Notes under the pieces: generated by a model
Seen by the model: the letters and a program-made list of their open reading frames with translations, nothing else
The model's database searches: none
What the model was told of the DNA's origin: nothing
Program-made: the position numbers and the translations under genes
Shown: positions 36,844 through 48,800 of the stretch, in pieces
How positions within the stretch are numbered: the stretch's first letter is position 1
Layout of the letters: the number at the start of each line of letters is the position of its first letter
From: a virus
Lineage: Duplodnaviria; Caudoviricetes
Virus record (IMG/VR): IMGVR_UViG_3300036985_005808
Coordinates: 1,932-65,931 of that record
Reading direction: 5' to 3' (one strand)
DNA: 64,000 nt

Positions 36844-39800
36844 TGGCAAAAATACGCAGCGTAGATTTTTTACCTGAAATTTTTCAGACTGACGTCAACA
36901 AGCAGTTCCTAGCAGCCACTCTGGACCAGTTGATTCAAGAACCCAAGTTTAAAAAGACTCAAGGATTTATTGGACGCACAGTTGGCCCTGGAGTTAATCC
37001 CAACGACAAATACGTGATTGAGCCAACTGTGGCTCGCACTGTTTATCAGCTGGAACCAGGCATTATCAGTCTCAAACCAGATACCAACATTGTTGACGAT
37101 GCAATCACTTATCCCGGTTTACTAGATAGTATTGATTATCAAGGTGGCGACAGTACCAGACCTGATAGACTATTTTCCAGCGAATATTATACTTGGGATC
37201 CGTTTGTCAATTGGGATGCCTTTATCAATTTCAGTCAATATTTTTGGTTGCCAAATGGTCCGGATGCAGTGGAGGTAAACGCCACCGGTGTGCCATTAAC
37301 CAATGAGTTTGTAGTTGATCGTGCCAATGGTGTTTACACCATGTCTGACTTGCAAGGAAATAACCCCACAGTAGAGTTAGTGCGTGGTGGCAACTATACT
37401 TTTCAAGTGGCACAGAATGACAAAGAAACTGTAAATTATCGAGTTACCAATCAAGGAACCACTGCGTATGTAATTGATTTTGCCAACAACCCCACGTTGA
37501 CGTTGACTCGAGGTAATACATATGTGTTTAATCTCAATCTCACTGGAGTTTATCCTTTTTACATCAAAACATTGCCCACCACTGGATTGACCAACATCTA
37601 TAGTTCGGGCGTGACCAATAATGGTGCTGCCACTGGCTTAATAACGTTTGTTGTGCCGCAAGATGCTCCCGATATTTTGTACTATGCAGCGTCTACACAA
37701 TCAAACATGCAAGGACAAATCATTGTGATAGATGGTACTCCTGGCACAGGGCCAGGATTTTGGATTCAGGCTGCTCCTGGAATTTCCGGAACCTTACCAG
37801 CCACACCCAACATCAGCTCGCGTGATGTGTATGGAGTTACCAACAACGGCGAAGATCTTGGCACAGTCGAGTTCAATGTGCCAGTTAAAACTGCACAAGA
37901 TTTTTATTATCAATTGCCCAGCGTTAGCGGAGTTGATCTAGTTACTGATTTAAAATTCAACCAGATTAACAATATTCAAGTGTCTACTTTCTTAAACACT
38001 TACGGAGGCATAGACGGAATAACGGCGCTTGACGGAAGAACATTGATATTTAATTTGCCAGCCGATGACACCGAGTCCGGCGGCTGGTTGAGAACCACAT
38101 ATTTTGATCCGCTGACAGCTGCCACTGCCAATAACGATTTGCCAGGCAGTTATGACAGTTTGATTTTTGATCAAGTATCAGTAATACCACCCACTGACTG
38201 GTATGATGTGTGGAGAATTTCTTATATCAACAGCAACGGATTTGAATACATCCGGTTGAACAAGATAACTGTGATTGCAGAATTAACAAAGTTTTCTATT
38301 CTATACGGCAATACATACGCCAGTACCGGATGGTTTAAAAATGCAACAGGAATATTGGAACAAATTCCATTGTTGACCGCAGCACAAGATACATTGTATT
38401 ATCAAGACGGAACCGATCCAGAGATATTTGGCCGAATCAGATTGATTGAACAAACCCAAAGTTCTACATTATACATTGAAGAAATATTGGGCAAAGAAAA
38501 TTACACCAGCCCCAATGGAGTGGCCTTCTCTAATGGGCTAAAAGTTAAATTTGTAGGTGATATATCTCCCTCTAGTTACGACAACCAAGAATATTATATC
38601 AATGGGGTAGGCGCTGCTATTGAATTACTTCCAGTAACAAATTTTGTAACTCCTGAAACATATGTGGTCAACAATAATGACAGCAGTTTGCCCATTCCCG
38701 AAGACTCTGACTACTTGACTATCAGTCGTGCCAGCCCTGACCTTAACGCCTGGACACGCAGTAACCGGTGGTTTCATATTGATGTTATCAATGCCACAGC
38801 TGAATATAACAACATTCAAGTTACTGTTGACAATATCTATCGAGCAAAACGTCCTATCATTGAATTTCGTGCCGGGCTACGATTGTATAATATGGGTACC
38901 CAAGGTAAACAACCGGTCAACGTGATTGATTTTGAAGAGACTGATGCATTTAGCAATGTAGAAGGAAGTACCAGTTATTCAGTTGATGGGTATGAATTAG
39001 TCAACGGCAGTCGAGTTATTTTTGCAGCCGACGAAGACGCAAATGTTCGTAACAAAATTTGGTCAGTTGCCTTTGTCGTGCCAGACTCAATACCTCCATT
39101 GATTGCACAACCAATCATCAATTTAACACTGGCACAAGATGGTGATGTATTATATGATCAAAGCACTGTGTGTCTTGACGGCAGTGACCTAGTGGGATTG
39201 ACATTTTGGTATGACGGAATTGACTGGACCCAAGCACAACTCAAAACAAAAATACAACAAGCACCGTTGTTCAATGTGTATAACTCAGACGAAGTGAGTT
39301 TTGGTAATGCTGTTACATATCCGTCGAGTACATTTGTTGGCAGCAAGTTGTTTTCATATGCACAAGGCACCACTGGCATACTAGATACTGTATTGCAATT
39401 TCCGTTGCAATATCTCAATCTAAATAATGTTGGCGATATTGTGTTTGAAAATAACATGTATAAAGATACATTTTTGTATGTGCGTGACAATGTCAGCACG
39501 TCAGAAAACATAAGTTCAGGATTTGCAAGAGAATACACAACCAGAACAATCTACAATCAACAGTTGGGATGGAATACTGCTGCAACAGCATCACAGATTC
39601 GACAACAGTTTAAATTCATATATGATGGCCAGCCATTAAAACTGGACATACAATCGCAAAGTGATGGTATTGTACCAGCAGTCAAAATATATGTTGGCAG
39701 CAAGTTTAAAGACCCAGGCACCTATGTTGTACAAACTGGATCAGACACTACCACAATCACGCTGGACAACACCTATGCTCTAGATGACATAATTGAAGTG

Positions 39801-42800
39801 TTGGCGCTGAGTGATCAAACCAGTCAGGTGGCATTTTATCAAGTGCCTATCAATTTAGAAAATAATCCACTGAATGGCAATTCTGAACAGTTCACGTTGG
39901 GTACCATTCGCACACATTACGAAAGTATATGCGAAAATTTAATCTTGCTGAATGGGCCAATAAATGGTTCTAACAACACTAGAGATCTTGGAAATATTGG
40001 ACCATACGGGCTGATTATTTTACAACAAAGTGCGCCATTAACCTTGGCAGGATACTTCAATCGCAGCAAAGACTATAATATCTTTGCCAGCTTGCAATAC
40101 AATGCAAGAGAATATCAAAAGTTTAAAAATTTAATGTTGAACGAAATTACCACATTAAGTTTGCAAAACTACGAAACCCCAGCAGAAATTTTAACACTGG
40201 CAACTACTAATATAACCAGCGGACGGACCGAGACCAATCCATTCTATTGGTCAGATATGCTGCCCTCCGGATCAGTTTACACTCAAACCCAGTATACAGT
40301 GAGTTTGATCACCACCAATGTGTTTGACACTGTGCAAACATATAACTATACTTCTGCCAACTATCTTGGACTACTGGTATACAAAGGACAAGTGCTACTG
40401 ACTCGAGGAGTTGACTATGTGGTGGCAACAGATGGTCCACGTATCACAATATCCACAGCATTAGCAGTGGGGGATGTCATTACTATCCAGGAATTTTCCG
40501 CCACCTATGGTAATTTTGTTCCCAACACTCCAACTAAATTGGGATTGTATCCGTCCTTCTTGCCAGAGATTCGATTGATAAAAACTACCACGGGGCAGTC
40601 TGAGGTTATTGTAGGGCACGATGGTAGCCAAACTCCAGTGTTTGGCGATGTGAGAGATCAAGTGCTGCTGGAATTTGAAACAAGAATTTATAACAATATA
40701 AAATTAGATGGCAATCCTGTGCCAATCAACGTGACCGACGTTATTCCGGGACAGTTTCGTGACACTGGATATACCTCGGCAGAAGTCAATGCTATTTTAA
40801 ACACAGATTTTTTAAGTTATGTTGGGTGGAACAAATTAGATTTCAACACACAAAGTTACAAAGCAAACAATGAATTCTCTTGGAATTACAGCGGAAGTCA
40901 AAATAAATTAACAGCAACACAAAATTTGTTAGGTGCCTGGCGCGGCATCTATAGATACTTTTATGACACACAAGATCCAGCAGCCACCCCTTGGGAAATG
41001 TTAGGATTTGCAATTGAACCTACTTGGTGGCAAACGGTATATGGAGCAACACCGTATACCAGCGATAACCTTGTGCTTTGGGATGATCTAGAAGCAGGAA
41101 TTGTAGCAGATCCGGCTGGCAGTTATGTACTACCAGCATATGTTCGACCAGGATTGAGTCAAGTGATTCCTGTGGACTCACAAGGCAATTTACTAAGCCC
41201 GTTCAACTGTGTGGTCGGCAATTACAATGACACTACTTTTCAGAAAAGTTGGTCCGTAGGAGATGGCAGCCCAGTTGAGTCATCCTGGTGGAATAGCAGT
41301 GCATATCCGTTTGCAGTCATGAGATTGTTGGCGCTGACTGTGCCGGCTAAATTTTACACATTGTTTGCAGACCGAGACTTGTATCGTTATCAATCAGAAT
41401 TTGGGCAATACTTGTACAACGATCGCTATCGATTGGATGCCAATGGTATTGAAGTGTATGGCAATGGCACAAGCAAGGCCAGTTATGTTGATTGGATTGT
41501 GGATTACAACCGAGTTTCGGGGCTTGATAGCACTCAAAATCTCACTGCTGCCCTGTCCAGCATTGATGTGAGATTATGCTATCGGTTGGCATCTTTTTCT
41601 GACAAACAATATATCAAACTTTATACTGAAAAGTCCAGCCCTAACAGTGTGAACTCCACGTTGCAAATTCCTGACGAAAGTTATGATCTACTGTTGTATA
41701 AAAATCAACCGTTTGATCGAGTAATTTACAGCTCAGTGGTGATACAGCAAGTGCAAGGCGGCTATACAGTATATGGATATTCAACCACCCAACCTTATTT
41801 TAATATATTAGTAAGTCAGTTGACTGGCCGACTAAAACCATACACAGTGGGAGACGTTACTATTCGGGTACCCACTGTCTACACTCAAAACGTGGCCACT
41901 GTACCGTATGGATACGTGTTTACCAATCAAACCAGTGTGGCAGATTTTTTATTGAGTTATGGACAACTGTTGAGTCAACAAGGGCTGGAATTTACTGATC
42001 GTGTGAATGGATATCAACTGGACTGGAATCAGATGGTTGGTGAATTTCTATATTGGAGTCAACAAGGGTGGGGTATAAATTCATTGATCAATTTGAATCC
42101 ACTGGCTGGGGCATTGACCATAACCAAAACCGGGGCTGTGGTAGACAGTGTGGTTGCACAAACAAGCGAAAATGTTTTGCTAGATCAAAACAAAAAAGAG
42201 TTGTCAACTCGCAATATCAATATTGTTCGTCTTGATAATACCATGGTTTTACAACCACTGACTGATCAAAGTTTAAGTTTTGCTGATTTGCGATTTACAA
42301 ATTTTGAACACATGATTGTGTTGAACAATAAAAGTGTGTTTGGCGATTTGATATATCAACCTATTACCGGGGCTCGGCAAAGCAGATTGTCATTTACAGG
42401 AACCACAACCACTGAGTGGAATGGCACTGTGGATGCCCAAGGTTTTATTCTCAATCAAGACAATGTTGAAGAATGGACTGGCCTTAAAAAATATACCAAA
42501 GGACAGATTGTCAAATATAAAAATCAATATTGGTCGGCGCTGACAATTGTCAACCCAGCAACAAAATTTGATTTCAATCAATGGGTCAAGAGCGATTACT
42601 CACAGATTGAGTTGGGGTTGTTGCCTAATATTGCCAACAAAGCCAATCAATTGCAAAACTCATACAGTGTTAACACTGCCAATTTGGAAAACGACAACGA
42701 CATATTAAGTTATGGGCTGATTGGATTTAGGCCACGCGAATACATGGCAGCATTAAACCTTGACGATGTGAGTCAGGTAAATGTGTATTCACAATTCCTG

Positions 42801-45800
42801 GGGAGCAAAGGCACAATTTTATCTGCAGAACTACTGAGTCAGGCCAATCTAGGCAAAGAATCTGCTGACTATGACATTTATGAAAACTGGGCAGTACAAC
42901 GTGCAGTATATGGGGCAAATGCCAATCGCAGTTTTGTTGAATTGAGATTAGATCGTGCTTTGCTAAGTTCTAACCCCAGCTTGGTTCAAGTGATACAGCC
43001 ATTGCAAACAAGTCAAGCAGATCAACCCATTTTGCTGTCAGATGTTTGGAGACAAAGCTATAAATTGTCGTCCACACAATTCTTACCTACCACACTGACA
43101 CAGGTAACTGATATTGCATTGCCCACAGCCGGCTATGTAAATTTGGAAGATGCAGATATCACAACATTTGACTTGGGTGCTCGCAGTACCATTGCTGCCA
43201 ATTTGAATGCAGTACAAGTTGGAGCCACTGTGTGGGTGGCAAAGGTCAACAACTATGATTGGGATATCTATCGTTGTGTCAGTATACCGGGGTTTATCGA
43301 CCATATCTGTGACAATCTTGACGGCACAAGTATTGTGAACTTTACCAAACCACACAACTTGACTGTGGGACAACGATTGATAATCAAACAATTCAGCATG
43401 AATGTTGATGGAATATATCGTGTGTTGACCATTGACACTGTGAATCGAATTACCATAGCGTATTCGTTTGTGGCCGGACAACAGACTGTGGTCACCGGAA
43501 CAGGTATTGGATTTATTCTGCAAACGCAACGAGTGTCGCAGGCCAGTAATATTGTAGATCTTCCTTATACCAATGACATACAAACTGGTGCTAGAGTATG
43601 GGTAGACAATGCCGGCGACGGCTTGTGGACAGTTTTAGAAAAACAAAATCAGTTCACTGATGTGATTGAGCTGGCCCCTGAACTATTGGATGCCACTGAA
43701 CAATACGGTCAAAGTGTCACCCAGGCCAGAAACCGATTTGCTGCCTTGGTTGGCAGTCCACGATACGGATTCCCCACAGGCTCAGAAAAAGGTGGCGTGT
43801 ATGTTTATGTTAAAAATTATGCTGATCAGTATGCACCAGTAAGTCCAATTGTTGGGGATGCTGTGTTGACATTAGATATCAGCGGTGTTCGCGGATATGG
43901 TAATGCTGTGGATTTTGGCAATCAATCCTGGGCTGCTGCCGGAGCCAGTAAAAGTTTAGGTCCCGCAGGTGAATCTGATGTTGGATATGCCGCAGTTATC
44001 TTTAGAGACCCGGTGTTGGGAGCACCAGGATCAATTCCTTATGTACAATGGCAGTTGTTGGTGCCGCCGGAACTGCCTAACACTGTGGTGGCAGGTGAAT
44101 TTGGATACAGTGTGGCGGTCAGCAGTGACGAACGATGGATGTACATTGGAGCCCCGGGTGCAAACAAAGTATATGCGTATGGACAAGTGGATTGGCAAAA
44201 TCAATATGTCCGAGCAGCCGGCGACGGCATCACAACAACATACAACATAGCCGACACTATACAAATTGGTCAGGCCACCCAACTGAATGTTACTATAGAC
44301 GGAGCCAGTCAACTAATAAATGTTGACTACACTGTGGCTGGTGATTTATCGTTGGTGACATTTACCACGGCGCCAACAGCAGCAGCCGTGATTAATATTG
44401 CTAGAATTAGCAAGAAGAATATTGATGCTAATTATTATTATAGTGTAACTCAAACAACCACTTCAGGCAGTGGCAGCGGTGCTGAATTTACCATCTATAG
44501 ACAACGTAACGAAGTTGGCCAACCAGGAGCCACTTATGGTGAAGTTGGAGTGACTTCTGGCGGCAGTGGATATGTTGTGACAGACACCATAACATTTGCA
44601 TCTAGTAAATTTGGGGGTACTGCCAATTTAGTACTCACCGTGGCCAGCATTGGCCCTGGCGGAGCAGTAGTGACATTTACTATTGCGTACTCTCCAGCTG
44701 GTCTAACATCAACCTTTTCGTTGAATGAATATTTCTTCACTGCCACAGACATCTACTCATTCTCAGTGTATGTGGATGGGGTGTTATATCGTCCAATATT
44801 AGATTATGATTTTGATGCTGACTCCAGCTCAATAGCTGATCTTGACCTGACATTTGTTCTGCCTGATGGTACAACTCCTATAAATGCCACCACTTATCCA
44901 GCGGCAGGCACACTGATCACAATTCAAGCCAAGGCCTATTACGAATATGTTGACACATTAACTGTGTCTGGACTGGCAGTGGATGCACGATTTGGACATA
45001 GCATAACAACAACAACTGATGGACGCCAAGTACTAATTGGGTGCAAAGACGAAGATATTGATACTAATGTGGATGCCGGTAGTGTGTATGTGTTTGATAG
45101 AAATGTTCAACGATTTATATACGGATCAGACCCAATCTCCACTACATTTACTGTGCTAGGAACTGTTGCCGACCCAGTTAGTGTTATTGTGAACAATGTA
45201 TTTTTGATCAATCAAACCAATGCAGTGATTGATGCCCCAGACAGTTTTACAGTGAGCGGTAATGATGTCACAATTAATTCAGATTTACAAGTGGGTGACG
45301 TGATAGAGATTGAAACCAATCAATTCTCGCAGATGCAACAAATTAACAAAGATACAGTGACAGAATTTACTAACTTTGGCCAGTCGGTTGACATATGTGT
45401 TTACAATTGCAGTTTGTATGTTGGCGCCCCACAGGATAGCACAGATGGATGGAAGTCAGGATCAGTGCAACGCAGCGTGAATCAAAGCAGAGTATATGGC
45501 ATCATTACCAGCACCGTGGTTGACCCTGTGTTGGATAACGGTGATACAATCCGAGTAAACAATATTGATGTTGCTGTGCCTGTTGCTCCCAATCAAAATA
45601 TAACTGGGTTAGCTGCTGCAATAAATGCCACTGTGCCAAATGTCACAGCCACCGTAAGTGCGGGCCTATTGACCATTAGAGTGACAAATTTTGATTCAGC
45701 TGCGCCGGGTAACAAACTACAAGTTGCACCAGGCAGTATTGGCACAACATTTGAAGATCTAGGGTTTGATACATTTGTATATACTCAAAGTATATACAGT

Positions 45801-48800
45801 CCGTATCCTGTGGATTTTGCTGGGTTTGGATCAAGTATTAGTATCAATGACACTGCTGATAATTTGGTTGTTGGTGCACCACGCGGCACACTGTATTCAG
45901 TTACTGAGTTTGATGACGACACCACATTCTTTGATGACAAGAGCACAATATTTTTCTCTATTGTCACGCAGAGTGGGGCAGTTTACACATATGATTATTT
46001 GCACAGTGCCGACGAAAGTGTCAGCAATCCAGGTATGTTTGCATTTGGGTTGCAAATATACGACACAAACATATATCCCTATGACACATATGGCACAGCA
46101 GTAAGTTATGTGGATGGAGTGCTAATGGTGGGTGCACCGGGCAATGACGCAACTGCCGATGACAGTTCGGGATCCAATTATGGTCGTGTGTTTGTGTCTG
46201 AGAATCCCACAAGAACGCCAGCCTGGGTGCCAATTAGAGTTCAACAACCGGTGGTTGACATTAGATTGTTGAATTCTGTGTTTATGTATGATCGATTGAC
46301 CTCCGCAAGAACTGAGCAATTTGATTTCTTTGATCCATTGCAAGGAAAAATATTAGGGGCTGCCAGACAAAATATTGATTATATCAGTGGCATTGATCCA
46401 GCAGCATACAATGTGGGATCAAACAGCAGCACTGGTAATAGATGGACTGCCGAACATGTGGGAGAAATATGGTGGAACATCGGCATGGTGCGATTCATTG
46501 ATCCCAATCAAGATGATATTGTGTATGCCAGTCGCCGATGGGGGCAAGTGTTTCCGGGCAGTTCAATTGACATGTATCAATGGACACAATCATCTGTGCC
46601 GCCAGGCCTGTATACTGGTCCAGGTACTCCGCAGAACATATTGTCATACACAGTGAATTCTCAATTGGGAATTGACGGAGTGTTTAATACATATTATTAT
46701 TTCTGGGTGCGAGGACTGCTCACGGTATCTAGCAAGCAAGGAAAAACACTGGCCGCACAAACAGTGGCCAACTATATTGAAAATCCCAAAGCTTCGGGTA
46801 TACCATATATTGCACCGGTCAACGCCAGTACAGTTGCAATATACAATGCTACTGATGTAATTCAAGCATCAGATACTATTATTAATATTGAATTTGATCG
46901 AGAATATACTGACAGCAATGTTCATGTGGAATACGAACTAATTGCACAAGACAAAGCAGACGGATTTTTAAGCAACAATCTCTATCGCAAGTTGCAAGAC
47001 AGTCTGTGCGGCATTGACACTGCTGGTAATATTGTGCCAGATCCAAACTTAAATCCAGCAGAACGTTATGGGGTGCAGTTCCGCCCAAGACAAAGTATGT
47101 TTGTGGATCGATATGAAGCATTGAAAAATTATATCACTCGTGCAAATACTGTATTTGCCCGGTATCCAATGGCAGAAAACAAGAATTTTGCCTTGTTAAA
47201 CAGCAGTGAATTAGAACCATCATCGTCCACTGGCTCGCAGGTCAATTGGAATTTGCGAGTGGCAAATTTAGAAATCCTGGGATTCCAAAACATTGATATT
47301 GTGCCACTTGGCTACAAATATCTGGTAGCCAGTGACAGCCTCAACAACGGGTTATGGACCATCTATGTGGTTCAATACGGCCAAGGTGTGTTGTCTGCGG
47401 TGAGAGAATTGGCATTGATTCAAGTACAAAACTACGATACCAAGAGATATTGGAGTTACGTCAATTGGTACTTGCCTGGGTACAATTCCAGCACTGCTGT
47501 GATTGCGGAAGTTCCTAACTACAGTGCATTGGCCACGTTGTCGCTGGCTGTGGGATCAAGTGTGCGAGTCACTGCCAATGCTCAAGGCAAATTTGAAATT
47601 TATTTGCTCACTGATATAAGATGGGAACGAGTTGGCTTAGAAAGTGGTACCATTGAACTTTCTGCAGAACTATATAACTATTCTCTAGGACGATTTGGGT
47701 TTGATGTTGAAGTATTCGATGCACAATACTTTGATCAAGAACCTGTGATTGAAACACGAAAAATTATTCAAGCCATTAACGAAGAATTGTTCGTGGGAGA
47801 ATTATTAATTGAACGCAACAAATCATTAATGTTGATGTTTAATTTTGTATTGAGTGAGTTTTCGGCTCCAGAATGGTTGGTCAAAACTTCATTGATTGAT
47901 GTTGATCACCGAATTCGTAATCTAGAACCGTTCCAAAATTATCGACAGGACAATCAAGAATTTGTGTTGGATTATATTAAAGAAGTAAAACCATATCATG
48001 TGCAGATACGTGAATTTAACTTGTTGTACAACGGGCAAGATTCATATGCTGGTGATATGAGTGACTTTGATGTACCTGCATACTACAATACCAATTTGGT
48101 CGTACCGCAATATACCAGCCCAATTTTAAATATTGACGACACAACTGATCCTCGGTATCAACAGCCATATTTGCATGCCACAGCACAGCAAGATAATATT
48201 TCCAGTGACACCTCGCCCAACAGCCTGGTATGGCAAGCATGGCCATACAGTCAATGGTATAACAACTACCTGCTGACTTTGCAGAGTATTCGGGTTGTCA
48301 ATGCTGGATCAGGATATACAGAAGCGCCTACTGTGACCATTGTGGGTGATGCTGAAACCCCAGCCACAGCCACAGCATTTTTAAATAGCCAAGGACAACT
48401 GTCGTTTATCACTGTGATCGATGCTGGATCAGGATATTATGCCACTCCCACCGTGGAGTTCAGTGGTGGTAACGGATCAGCAGCTCAAGCATATGCTGTG
48501 ATGGGCAATGATCTTGTGCGCAGTTTCAAAACAGTTATCAAGTACGATAGATATCAATATCAAACCAATATTCAATCGTGGAGTGCCGACGGTACTTACC
48601 AGGACGGCATGCGTGTGAGATATGACAATCGAGTATGGCAAGCAACCAGTTCAGACTCTACCGCAGTGATTGGACCAACATTTGACTTGGAAGATTGGGT
48701 GTTGGTGCCAGCCGGTGAATTGAGTGGTGTTGATCGTACCATGGGTTATTATACACCGGGCGTGAATGAACCAGGCCTGGATTTGCCATTGTTGATTGAT